This document shows, in pieces, positions 36,363-49,099 of a stretch of 64,000 nucleotides of DNA. The stretch is from assembly GCA_008632985.1 (NCBI GenBank), contig QPGO01000082.1:62001-126000 (forward strand), in the 5' to 3' direction. The translations under genes were made by a program, and so were the position numbers. The first letter of the stretch is position 1. Each line of letters begins with the position of its first letter. This stretch comes from Psammoneis japonica (taxonomy: Eukaryota). The notes under the pieces are model-generated. The model was not told where the DNA came from. It ran no database searches and worked only from the letters and a program-made list of their open reading frames with translations.

Positions 36363-38781
36363 ATGGCGGAACGACCGACGCCGCATGCCGTTGCGTTGTG
36401 CACTCTGATTGCGCTGCACTCCGATCCTTCTTTTGATTTGTTTGGCGGAAGCAATGAGGAAAGAAAGGAAAGAGACAAAAGCTTTGGGAACTTATACAGC
36501 ATCGTGTGGTGCTTGGCGAAGGAGTCGACCCTAGCATAAAGGATCTCTTACTTCAAGTACAGGCTGGTGCCGGACAAAGAAGTTGTGATTTACTACTGGA
36601 GTATGTCGGAATGTCTGCATCATCTGTCGATGCGTTGGTGGACCTAATGGAGTCTCTCCGGTCGTCCGTGTCGGAGGGTATTGTCGACGGAAACAGTTCT
36701 TATGGTATTTATCTACGCCAAATGTGTCTTGGATTCGATGAATTGTCTTTTGAGGCCATGACGAGGCTTTGGGAGTCCTTACGAGACAGCGTTGAAACCT
36801 TAAAACAGGACAAGCTCGAGGATCCTCCTTCTTCGTCAAGCAATGATGGGATCGAAGAATCGAGAAAGGACGCCGCTTCCTTGTGGCCGCCGTCATGTCA
36901 GCAAATAGAAAATTCATTGAGGCGTTTGTGTCTAGAGATGGATATGGGGAGTCAGCATCGTATGAGGATATAGAGATGAAGGTCCAAGGCATTCTGAAGC
37001 GCGATCCAGAACTTCCTACTGCGCACTTCTTACGGTTTATCAATTGCCTCCACAATAACGAGAGGGTTGGAGCAATCGATGCACTCCACCAGTACTTTGA
37101 TTACGCCATGATCCAAGACCGGAAACAAGCAAAAGGAGCTCCAAGACAGAACATACTTCAGTACGCTGCGGTCTTATTGGCGGCTCTTCATTCATCTTTT
37201 GGTGACAGGGATCTTTCTTACAATGCCACGGAGGAGGCTGTCCGTGTTGCTCAGGCAAGCGGTGACAAAGCGTGTGTGGCATATGCTCTCGGGTGGTTGT
37301 ATCATAACAAAGCGAAGCAAGGTACGGAATCAGAGGAGCTCTTGGAGCGATGTTCGAGTCGTGCGGCCGATAGTAAACTGCGTTGCCTCGCTGGTGGCGC
37401 CAACATGGAGCTTGCACGACACTATCTCATGTCGCCCTCTCATGGAGGGAGGAGGGCAGGTCAACATATGGCTCCAACTAAAGCTTGGAAACGAGTCATG
37501 GAGGCTGTTAGAGATCATGGCGCTTCGTCGGCGGTACCCGCGATGGACAGCCCGACGCATATGACTGACTTCCCGTACAGTGGCGACGCTTTGCACCTTC
37601 TCGGTCGACAGTGTCTCTTGGCATCGGGTGTTTGGGACTCATTTGGGTTCGCGCCACTGTCAGGCCTTTCTTCTTTCGCGGCTCTCCACTGCTTCAGAAG
37701 TCACATGTCGTCTCAAGATGTTTCTGTCGCTATGCAAGATATCGCCATGGTCGCACTTCATGGATATGGTCCCGAAACGGTTTCCATCGTTCGTAAACCG
37801 GGTGAGCTTGCCATTTATCCAAAAGGACACCCCTGCGATCAGAAACCGGCCAATTCTTGTGTGTATGCAGGGTCCCTCAAGAAGCTGATCGACTTGAAGC
37901 GAGAGCACCCCAATCATGAAAGTCCTGAATGGAAAATCAGCGTTTACCTGAACTTACTTGAATGGGCGATTCGACGGGGTGATTTATTCCATGCCAGGTC
38001 CTTGTCGAATATGCTTCAAAGCTGCCTACATCCTCGGATTCCCAACTATCGCGAGGTTGTTGTAGAAGTGCACGGGCAACACGCGCTTCTCTTGTCTAGA
38101 GAAGGTTCGTGGGAGCAGGCTCATCACCTGACAAAGGTGCTTTGTGGTATGTGCAAAGACTGGGGGTTACGAACACTGCACGCAAAGTTTCTCATTCAGC
38201 TTGCGGTTGTCAGATTCGAAGCTAGCCCTCATAACCATATCAGCGCCCTTTCGCCGCTTTTGGAATGCCTGGCCATTTGTGAAGAATTTTCCATGGATTC
38301 GCTACACGCCACTGCGTTGTCTCTTCTTGGAAAGGTCCATTTAGAACTCGCAAATGTGAAACGCGCAGTGTCATTGCTGAAGGCTGCACTCCCTGTGCTA
38401 CTCCGAGGCGCGCACATCTGGTTTCAAGGCGAGGCACTACTTACGCTAGCAAAATGCGATCTCTACAGCGCAAAACAATGTCAAAGGGTACAGGACGAAC
38501 GGAAGATGCATAAATATCTAAGGTCGGGATCTAGATATCTTGAAAGAAGTTGCGGCGCTTTTGAGAGATGTCAGGACGTTGTGCGACTTCGTGAGATCCT
38601 TTATTTGCAAGCTCGGGTACCTAATGGGAATGTCAAGAAACGAAATGACTCTTCTAAGAGATTCCAACAGGCTTGCAGGCATCTTTCCAACGCAAATTCA
38701 CCGGTTTGGCCCGATGCATTGAAGTCTATCGAATGCGTTTCTGGTTTGGAGCAACTTGCTTCTCGAGGATTGCCACTCTGA
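36363..38781 (+). CDS. APC5: Anaphase-promoting complex subunit 5
   Basis: N-terminal PTPHAVALCTLI. APC5 core AHFLRFINCL...AIDALHQYFDY...QYAAVLLAALHSSFG...EEAVRVAQ...D..CVAYALGWL. Frame breaks at about 36500 and 36950. Confidence 0.85.
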
Positions 38782-38987
38782 GCGCAATTGGGTCGGTCAA
38801 TCATCTTTTTTCTTTCTGTTTCGTACGTTCTGGTACTGAGGTTCCTGCTCTTACTGTTGTACGTATAGCGATTCTCCTCTAGTAGTTACCGGTATTTATA
38901 CACCAGGGGCGTAAATGCTTGTCATAATCTTCTCGCCACTTACTCGTCAAGGACCAGGTCAAGTGGTTCCACCTCACTTGGCAGCGC

Positions 38988-40487
38988 CTATAGAACTGGC
39001 ACAAGTAGCATGATGACTTCTTTCACAGCACTTTTCGTCTTTGCATCTGGTGATGTTGCCGCGACCTGGACCAGCCCATTGAGAAGTCCAGAGTAGGTAA
39101 CCATTCGTTTTCTGTTGGAAGCGAGTGATGCTAAATTAGCCATGGCGCGGGCAGCGTTACGACGTACACGCGAGCTCTCATCGCGAGCATCAAGGATGCT
39201 TTTCACAAGAGCCACCAGCACCACTTCTGTAGCCATTGTTTCTCGGTTAGATTCTTCATCAGATAAGTCCATAAGAGTGCAGATGGCGTATTCCTTGGCA
39301 TTCATCGACGATAACTCGCTAACCGCTACTTCGCATAAGGCCGACAACAGCCCGCTATGATTTGCCATGGAAACTCGGTTGCTTGGACAGCCCGCCTTCT
39401 CCTTCAAAGCTTTCGTTACAATGTCCGGGACTACGGTTTGCCTGGTTGCAAGTCCCATCAACGTCTCCAACACCCTTTGGTGGTGAGGCATCTGTGCTTG
39501 AATCGATTCTGTACAGCAGACAAAGGCTTCCGCAGCTTCGAAACGGACATCATGACTCTCATCGTTCATTGCACTCTTGCCAAGTGCATCGATCAGAGCT
39601 GTTTCATGAAAAATGAGCGGCATACCTTTGTTCCTAGCAAGAAGTCGAATTGCTCGAGCTGCTCTTCGTCTTAAAACCGCATTCTTATCATCCTGTACAA
39701 GCCGTGCCAACACATCCAATAAGATTCCTTCTCCATGCGTAACGAGTAATATGCAAGAATGGGTATCCATAGCAAGACTCAGGACTGTGCTCAGCATGTT
39801 TCGCGTCGTTCGCGGATGGGGACACATTGAAAGGGCGATAATTGCATTCAGCGTGTCTTGATTTCGGGCAAGCACGATTCTTGTATTTGGAGCACCGGCC
39901 AGGTTACGGAGTACGGCCGAGAGACGTGCCATCAGTTTCTTGCTGCGCAAAGTTGCAGTTCTTGTTAGAGAAGTAAGCATGCCTGGGTGTTGCAACAGAT
40001 TCAAACGATAGTCCTCGGCATAATATGAAAGGTTTTTCACGACACCGAGGGCTTCGTTTTTTGCGTCCGCACAACTGCTATCAGTACCATCTTCTTGAAG
40101 CACCTTCACGAGCGAATCTAGTATACCAGGGAACCTGAGGACCATAGTTGCTCCCTGAATGCCTCCCGAGCAGGTGTGCCAGATGGCGATTACCTCACGA
40201 ATCGTGTTTGCTCTTTTACAACGCCAAACAGCCCGCAGAAGAATCGAAAATAAATCAGGTCCGACATCCCGTAAAGAGCGTTCTCTTGTGGATCTGGAAC
40301 AATGATACACAAGATCGACCGCCTGACATAGACACATAATTTCCTCTTCTGGCCTATCTCCATTCATTACGTAGCTGAGCTGAAGACAAAGTGCTTGTAA
40401 TGCTCCAGCTTTTACTAGATCCTCAAGTAGATCTTCCCCACCTTCAAATGATCGTTTTTCGTTGTCATACGAGAGGTAAGAGAACAA
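38988..40487 (-). CDS. Armadillo-repeat protein
   Basis: 499-aa ORF with repeated helical ARM-type units (ALGVVKNLS, AVLRNLA, AARAMANLAS..NR..M). True start is probably slightly upstream. Confidence 0.75.
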   Translation of the reverse strand: MFSYLSYDNEKRSFEGGEDLLEDLVKAGALQALCLQLSYVMNGDRPEEEIMCLCQAVDLVYHCSRSTRERSLRDVGPDLFSILLRAVWRCKRANTIREVIAIWHTCSGGIQGATMVLRFPGILDSLVKVLQEDGTDSSCADAKNEALGVVKNLSYYAEDYRLNLLQHPGMLTSLTRTATLRSKKLMARLSAVLRNLAGAPNTRIVLARNQDTLNAIIALSMCPHPRTTRNMLSTVLSLAMDTHSCILLVTHGEGILLDVLARLVQDDKNAVLRRRAARAIRLLARNKGMPLIFHETALIDALGKSAMNDESHDVRFEAAEAFVCCTESIQAQMPHHQRVLETLMGLATRQTVVPDIVTKALKEKAGCPSNRVSMANHSGLLSALCEVAVSELSSMNAKEYAICTLMDLSDEESNRETMATEVVLVALVKSILDARDESSRVRRNAARAMANLASLASNRKRMVTYSGLLNGLVQVAATSPDAKTKSAVKEVIMLLVPVL

Positions 40488-43400
40488 ATTGTAGAGTCCG
40501 ATTCTTCTCTGCTCTACAGTGACCGCTTGGCTCAGTGCTGCAAATCATGAGAAATCTTTCACTATTAGTTGTAGAGGCACATATTGAACAAAATAACAGC
40601 CACAGCAACTACACACCTGAAACGATTCGTTGCACCTCGACAGTCAGAAACGAAGAGTCGCGCCCCATCAAAATTCGACTGCGCTTTGTAGCGGCTGTAT
40701 ATTCCATTGTTTCAAGGCTTTATAGCAATGTAAGCACGATCTTCATAGCCCATTCATTCATTGTTCATTCACACATGATGATGTGACGGAGAACTTTTGA
40801 TTCGGCTATTGTCGGTCGTCTTAGGGTCTTGGGTCTCAGCGAGATTTTCTGTTTCTTGCTGTTTCTCTATTTTTTTTTTCATCCAAAATCTTGAAGTTCA
40901 AAATGCTCATAATCATATTCAAAAGTGGATAATGTTAACAAAAATCAATATCGTCATAATTAGTGACTTTAATGATGATATTATGACATGCATGATTACC
41001 TCCTGCATATCTCATACCGGTAAAAGGTTTCATCTTCATCGATCGGAGGGAGTTTTTACATTCGAAAAGCGTTGCAACGGAAAGAGCTCGTGGTGGGTTT
41101 TCTTCATCAATCCTGTCGCTGCTGCACACAAGCAAGCAGTGTAACAACTAACTCCTCCTCTCCTTTGCCGCACCGGCATGGTGCCCTCTGTGTTTGTCAG
41201 CGTGGCAACTCAACTCACACAACCGTGATGATCTTTGTGAATCAACAACCAACAAAGTGGCTCATTCACTTTTTGCGGACGACTTGAAAGGAAAGGTGAT
41301 CATGTGTGACTTGATGGAAGAAAGCAGTTCTCATGACAATGACTCCAATGCTGTTGATTTTTTGGACTCATCAGCAATGTCCCATTTGCAAGAACCTCAT
41401 TCAGAGCCCATGTCTTCCACTGCAGATGATGATTGCAACATGTCACTCTCTGAAATTGTGCTCCGTGATTCCTGCCAAGGTCATCAGCTGATTCCGTTGC
41501 TGCTGAAAAAGCAAATGGCTGGAGTGGCGCCCAAAGAAGCAAATCCATTGCACCTTTGCACCTTCCTTGATGACAACCTTTGGCCTGTGTAGAGTGCAAA
41601 CAACATGATGGGCCATGCACAATTCCTGTCCCATTTCAGCAACTGCGCACATGGATCAAGGCAGATGCATCAGGTCCGTCGTTCGAAACGACCGGCAAGC
41701 AAGGACTGCAGAACTCATTTTGAAAGTGGATTGAGGGCCATCCCAACATGCTGAGCCATGTTTCATTGACTTTTGATCAACATTTCATGTTTCCTTTCCC
41801 AAATGATGGAAGGAAGCGCAAAAACACGACTTTCTTTTTGGGTGCAAAGGACGTTGCGCTGCCTCGTCTGATGGTTGTCCAATGTTTTTTACAGCAGGTT
41901 TTGATGAAGCCAGCCTTCAAAGAATGACTGCATGTCCTGCTCCTGAAACCATTTCTCTTTGTTTGACCTTCACAGGAAATTGTCTTCATGTGAAAGGGGA
42001 GAGCCAATGAATCTGCTTGACAAGTTCAGAGCTGGCGGGAAGATGCCGTCCAAGTTTGCAAAGGGAAATTTGGCAGAGACAACAGATGCATTGTTTCACA
42101 AGGCCAATTGCATTGCACAGCCATCAAAGGACACCCATCTGCAACATTGCCAGAGAGTCAAAAGAAAAGACATGGTTGGACCTTGGCTTGGCGAGGTGCA
42201 CTGTGAGCAACACAATCAAATTTGGCAAGATCTGGGACTCAGATCTGGAGGAGCAGCAGAACAAGCCAAAGGACAAGATGACTCACCTCCCTGGCATTCT
42301 GCTGCTCAGTCAGCTGTTCCCTTCCTTCAAGATGCATTTGCACACAAAGCAAATGGCCCAAATCATGTGCACACTTCTGGGCACAGGACAACTTGTTTTG
42401 TCTGTTGATGCCACCGGAAATTTAATCAATCCACAAAGATTCTCCACACAAAGATTTTGGTGTTGCCACAACATGCAGTGCCAGCTTGTGGTGCCAACAT
42501 GAATTGGCAAGACACTGCACATCTCCTTGCAACACTCAATGTTGCCAAGATGGTGAGCAACAGCAACACAGGTTGAGACTGTGTTGCCTTTTAAGACAGT
42601 TTTCTGGCTGACGTTGCCAAGTGTCAAGAGAAGAACTCACCAAATGCCCTCCACAGAAGCCATTGCTTTGTTGCACAGACTGCTTGCCTCAGCTGCAAAG
42701 CAGTGCACTTGTTTCATTCTCTGACAAAGCTGTCAAGCTGGAACCAATTGAGTGTGGCAACCTTGTGTTGCCACATTTGTGCCACTTTGACAAATTTGGC
42801 AAGTTGTCTGATGCTGCAAGGTGTGATGCAGCCAAAGAGATTTATCAAGAGTTGCGTCAGGGCAATGTGGGAGTCTCCTTGAAGCTGTGCAAGTCACACG
42901 CATGTTTCAGGCACTGCAGCACTGGGTGACAAACAGCAAAGAAGTGCCCAAAGCCTTGGCCAACCAATTTGCTCAGTTGTTCTTCAACAAGACACTTGTG
43001 TGCAAGAACCAAATCTCTGCTGTGATTGCACAATTTGTCGTTGTCATTGCTGTGTTGGAAACACCTCATTTTGTTGTCAAGGAAATTTCTTGCAGACAGG
43101 CAAATGCAAGAGCACCATGGTGCTGTCAAACAAGAGAGCAAATCACAACTTGCACAAAACATCAGAGAGTTTGTTGAAGATGAGTCACAATGGCTGGTGA
43201 TCCCATTGTTGGATGAGGCAGGACAAATCATTGAAGAGACAGACATGAAAGAAAAGCTGATCCTTTTGCACAAGGAAGTTGTGAGCCAAGCCATGGAGCT
43301 TGTGAAAGGGCAGTGTTCTGTTTGTCTTCACACTGTCACAATTGACAATGACAACCTGTCAAAGAATCTTGGAACTCTCAAAGGCGCAGTTGTGTGCAGT

Positions 43401-45053
43401 TGTGACACACTTGACTGGGGCAGCATGGAACCATGGGCTGAATGGGGATTTCAAATGTCCATGTCATTGCTGTTTGTTCTTGGTTGCAACAGCATTGTCA
43501 AGAATCTTTTGTACAACCCTGGTGTGGCAAAGCATGTTCACAGCACTTGGATGCAACAAACCTCATTCTGGAGTCATGGCACCATCAAGCTCTTTGAGGA
43601 TGTGATGGGAATGGCTGAGATTGAGGGCAGAAACCAGTGTTCTGAAGGAATGATCAACAACTCAAGGGAGCAGAGAAATGCCTTGGTGAACTGGCAGCTC
43701 AGAGAGTCGGCCAAGAATTTTGTCAGCCAGCATGATGTGCCAGAGCATTCATTCCATCAAAAGCTTGCTTGACGGGAGAACAAAAGGCGTCAATTAACTG
43801 CTGGCAGTGCAGAGGATGGCAATTCAGTTGTGTCAGCAGAGACCCCCAATTACAAAGTCATCACCCAGTTGACCCAGGACCAGATGATTCAGCAACAAGA
43901 GAACGTGGCTCAGGAAATGTGGAAGCAAGGCAGTGGACACAAGCCGGATGTGAAAGAGCAAGATGGACTGCTGAGGAACAGCCTCAGCTGCATTCTGCGT
44001 AAAGTTGCTCTGGAGGCAACCACAAACAACAGCATGCGCAGCTGTTTGGACAGGCATTTTGGAAAGGACAAGAAGAGAAAAGCTGCACTCATGTCATGCC
44101 CAACATTCAACAACTTCATGAGTGGCACATTGACCACAAAGAAAGATTTGAATGAGTGTCAATTTGATCCATTGCACCCAGGGAATGGCAACTCCATGAT
44201 GCTGTTGTCTTCTTGATCTGATGACAGCAGCTCATTGCCACAAGTGGAAGACTTGGCCATTGCACACTGCTTCTTTCCCACAAAAGGTGACTCCAAAAGG
44301 CTGTCATCTGACAACAAAGAATTGCACATGCCAAACCTGGAAGCCAGAGAAAAGCAGGAAGCAGCCATTGCCACAGCGGGGATCTTCTTGCACTTGCCTT
44401 GAATCCCTTTTGTTGTGCAACACAAGTTCAGACCTGAAGAAGCAAAAGGGGAGCTGCTGTCATCATCCAACAACACTGACAACTCAGACAAATGACCAAT
44501 GGCAGTGCAAGAGGTTGCCGGAGATGCCTTGCTGATGATGTCCCTGGGCAACAAGGCTCCACCTCCATGAGCACCCTTTCTAGCCTGACAATTGCAACAA
44601 GGCATTGTCATGGTGAACAAGTTGTCAGACAATTGAAAAATGAGAATTGAATTGTGACACAGCAGATGCAAGTGCTGCAGCAGGGTCACAATCTCACTCA
44701 CATGCACTTTGAGTCATGACAGGATGAGCAAAATTGTTGCTCAACATTGGGGCTGTTGCAAGAGCAGCATTCAGTTGACAGTTGGAATGCCACAAACGTG
44801 TTGTCGTGAGAGGGTTGGCACATGAAAGTGAACACAAAGAATGATGGAGCGCATCATGTGGATCTTTTGTGGCACTCCTTTAAAGAAGCCCATTTTTTTT
44901 AAAATGGGGTGACGTCAGCGTTTTGCAAAAAAAGAGGATTCATTTTAAAAAGACAAAAGAATTTTTTTTTAAAGAAGCACAAAAGAACTGTGACATTGTG
45001 CTCATGATCACATGCAAAAGTGCACAATGTAAACAAAAATCAATTCCGGAGCA

Positions 45054-46082
45054 GGAACACTGACAAAAATGTTGCCAACATGGAAAACCGCGACATTTTG
45101 TACATCCGTGTGACATTTGCGCACACTCTTGGCAATCTGGTTGATTTGTTGCTTGAAACCATCAAACAATGTTTGATTGCCAATTTTTTTGTGACACTCT
45201 GACAGTGTTGCTAAGATCAAACATTTTTCTCAAGTGATCTGGAGTGCTCCTAAGTGTTGCATTGTGTGCATGGAAGTTTCAGAGAAGGGAGACACGCAGA
45301 GACAAATGGAGACAAACAGAAACAAATGGAGACATTTGGTGACACACATGGAGACAAATGTGGATTTGGCAACTCATGTGGAGACAAATGGAGACAACAA
45401 TTCTTTTCATTCAGAAATGCATTGCTGCATTTCGGTTTGCAGAGCTGCTGTGTCACTGCTGTGTGACCACTTGCACCACATGGATGGCATCAGAGACAGC
45501 GCATCTTGTCATGCAGAAATTGAATGTTTCTGTTCACAACAACAATTGCTGCTGCCAGACCTGGCAGCTGCCAGAAGCTGGAGCAGCTGCCGGCACTCCA
45601 CTCCAGCCTGTGGCTGGCGGCGGAGAGCAGAGCTGCTGCACCACCACTCTGCAGTGCAGTGCTTGCACTGTGTGTCGAGCGATGGCCATCTTCTGTCAAT
45701 CTGTTGATGTTTTTGTTGTGTCATCACATGGGGGGGAAAACAAAAACTGTCTCCATGTGGTCGCCAAATGTCTTCATGTGTCTCCACTTGTCTCCACTGC
45801 CAACTGTCTCCATTTGTCTCCTTTTGTCTCCCTTTGCATCCCTCTCCCTTCTTCCAAAAACTCACATGCACACAAAACAACACTTGGGAACACTCTAGAT
45901 TGCTTGAGTCCAGCTGGTGATTTTGGCAACATCGTCGGAGTGTCACATGAAAAAGGGTGATTCATGTTTGTTTAATGGAGCAATTTAACAAACCAACCAG
46001 ATTGAAACAATGCATTTGATTGTCCCACGCAGATGCAAAATGTTGCATTTTTCTGTGTTTGCAACATTTTTGTCAGCGTTCC
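45054..46082. mobile_element. Degenerate foldback element with long inverted arms
   Basis: ggaacactgacaaaaatgttgc at 45054 pairs with gcaacatttttgtcagcgttcc ending at 46082. Inner arms at about 45228-45400 (ggagacaaat repeats) pair with about 45745-45910 (tgtctcc repeats). Confidence 0.75.
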
Positions 46083-47170
46083 AGAAGCCAAGGACACTTG
46101 TGGGACAGGCCAGCCATGTGCTGGACCAGAACCAAGCATCAAAGGCACCATCCACACAATGAGCATGCTCTGGGAGCAACACGAATTTGAAGATGACTGC
46201 GGATTTCTTTTTGTTGACGCCTCCAACGGGTTCAACAAAGAGAACAGGGTTCTAATGCTGCACATTGTAAGACACCTTTGGCCAACTGGTGCAAGGTTAC
46301 CTTTAACAGCTGCAAGCATTGGAGCATTTTGATCATCTGTGGGAACTTTGGAAGTGCCTTCATTTTGTTCAGCAAAGAAAACATCACGCAGGGCAACCCA
46401 CTTGGTGTGGCAGCATGCGGGCCAGGACTTCTTCCATTGGTCTGTGAGATGAATGAACATTTCAAAGACGCACTCACCCCTTGGCATGCCAATGACTCCA
46501 CAGCAGTGGGAAAATTCAACATCCTGTAGGAATTTTTCATGACTCTCCAAGTTGAAGGCCCCAAACACAGATGCTGCCTTGCCGACAACTCCAAGAACAT
46601 CCCAGCAGTCCCAGAACACAACCTGGAAAATGCTGGAGCATGCTTTGGAGATCTGGGCTTTACCATCAAGTCTGGAAGCCACCACCTTGGAGGCTTTGTT
46701 GGAGAGACGGATGCACGTGACCATTGGTTGGTGGAAAAAGCCGAGTCATGGGCCTTGGTCATCCAGGACTCACCAGCAATTCCCACCCTCAGACTGCCTG
46801 TGCTGGTCTGCAGAAGTCCCTGTGACACCAGCAGCAATGTGTCCAGCATGCAGCAAAGGACTGTGGTGAATTTTTTGCCAATGCAGAGTGTGTGATGTAG
46901 CACAACTTTCTGCCGGCGCTAATTGGTGAGACCCCAGCTGACAACAACCCAAGACCAGCCCCACCCGCCCTCCCAATCAAATTTTTGGGACTGTTCATCC
47001 CTCTTCCAACAGAGTCTGCAGCTCACAACTGGGAAGTGAGCAATCTCACATGCTCCCACATGATTGACTCACTCTGTGGCCACTCCCAGTTCTCCTCTGC
47101 AGTCAACAAGGACACCATGTGCAGAGTGAAACAAGAAGCAGCTGATCAAAAAGTTAAAGCACGCAGGGAG
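46083..47170 (+). mobile_element. Non-LTR retrotransposon RT relic (CRE/early-branching type)
   Basis: QPCAG...GTIH, FLFVDASNGFN..NR, TQGNPLG, PWHAND (from WYADD), HHLGGFVG. Multiple frameshifts. Confidence 0.8.
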
Positions 47171-47177
47171 ACATCTG

Positions 47178-47465
47178 TTCTTTTTAAATCAGTGGATTTC
47201 ATGTCTGGCCATTGTGTGTTCTTTGTGCTTGCAAGATTTGTTGTCTTGCCATTGTCCATTCTTTTTGACTCAGCACATTTCATGTCTGGCCGTCATGCAT
47301 TCTTTGCACTTGCAAGATTTTTCATCTTGCCGTCGTCCATTCTTTTTGACTCAGTGCATTTTGTGTCTGGCCATTGTGCGCTCTTTGCGCGTTCTTTGAG
47401 ATTTTTCCTTTTGCCATCTTTTGTTCTTTTTGAATCAGCAGGTTTTTTGTCTGACCATTGTGCGA
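47178..47465. repeat. Minisatellite, unit about 81 bp, about 3.5 copies
   Basis: ttctttttga.tcag...tgtctggcc...caagattt recurs at about 47178, 47259, 47340 and 47423. Confidence 0.8.
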
Positions 47466-49099
47466 CAATTGATTGTCTGGTTGTCGTCCACAGTCCATGC
47501 ACTCTTGCCAGTTGCAAGGTGTCCATTTCGTTCTTTCTCTCTCTCTTAGAAAAAAATGCCAAAACTCAAATTTGAGCACAGTGGTCACTCGTTACTCCAA
47601 ATGACATCAACAAGCCATCCGTTGGTGCAAACACACAAATGGCCATGTGGGTGAAGAACAAGCATGCAGGAATTTGTGTCAATTCAAGACCCGCCCTGTT
47701 GTCCTGGAGATTGTTCAGATGCAAGGAGAGTGTGACTTCAGTCAGGTCACTGCAAACAAAATTTTTGTGCCCTTCCTCACTGAAATTGCACTTGTGAAGT
47801 TTCCTTTCTGGCCTTGGTGAATGCAAAGTGGACACAGATGACCGGAAGAACCAATGTGCCATTCTTGCTCAGTCCATCTTCAGTCTGTCTGCCAGTCACC
47901 AATGCTTGTCATCGTCCCTCCATTGTCCAGCAGTCCAGAAGGCTGCAAACACTTTGCATGCAACTGTTGACCACATGCATGGCGAACAAACTGAGATGCT
48001 GTGTGGTTGCATTGGAGCAGCTTTGTGCTCGTCTCTGTGTGGAACCTCTGTGGTGGTGGGGCTCACATGGGAGCACGCTGTGTTGCCGGATTTGACGTGC
48101 CTGAGAGCAGTGACAGCAAAGGCAGCCAATGGACAAAAACTCTGAAAGACCTGGTGTTTTCAAGCACATCCTTTCCAAATGAATCTGTCACTTCCATTGA
48201 CGGGAAGCCGCATGATGTCGAGGTGCGCTCTGCTTTGTCCCCATTCCACCATCACAAAAGTTGTGATGTGGATGGAGGTGCAATTCTTCACATCGTGTTG
48301 GACATGGGCTCAGTTTGATCAATGCAGATGCCACTTGAACGGGCAGGAATGACATGCATTGCATTGGAGGAAGACTGCTGATGCAATGGATTGAGCTGTG
48401 ATGTCAGGATCAATGCATCTGGAACAATTTGTGTTGTGACTGCAGACCAAGCAAAGCTTCTTCACAGCAATGATGGATTGTCTTGTCCTTGCTGTGTCAA
48501 GTGGGTGAAAGGTAAAAAAGGATTGTGGTGGCATCAGCAGACTCTCTGTGGCAAGGGCTAACTCACAGCAAAGCTCCCTGGAAATTGTGGTGCACAACAA
48601 AGGTTTCCAGATGCAAGAGCTGCAGGCTTCTAAACGGAGTGAGTCTAGACAACCATCTCAGTCATCTCTTTGTTGGAATGAGCAAGTCTTTGAATTTTTC
48701 AAGCAAGGAAATTTAGATGGATTGAAGCATGCAGTTGTGATGGGTTTCAAACAGATGCAGTGTGGTTGAATGTTGAAATGCTGTGCAAGACTGGCTCGCC
48801 TTTGTTGCTCGGCACCGGGACTTGCTCAGAATGGATTTGACCCAAAGCAGGAATTGGACAAACACGGCGCATTGGTGGTTTCTGGGCTGCTGGATCAGGA
48901 AAATTAGATGGTCTCAAGTGTTTGACAGAGAAGTGTGGATGCTCTGCTGATGTGGCTCAACGCAGACACCCCCCATTCATCCAAAAATGGTGCCTGGGGC
49001 CTGCAGTGCAGGAGGTGCACCATTGCCACACATCAAGTTATGCACTGATGATGGCTCTTTGCAACAACCCACATCTCAAGGCAAAATGAACTGGGGGGG

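Noticed and set aside
47178..47465. CRISPR-like array (also the short direct repeat at about 51808-51869)
   Set aside because: Units are contiguous with no unique spacers, there are no cas genes, and the context is eukaryotic.
48690..48970. Possible degenerate ankyrin repeats (GNLDGLKH, LDGLKCLTEKCG)
   Set aside because: Too decayed to support without a profile search.
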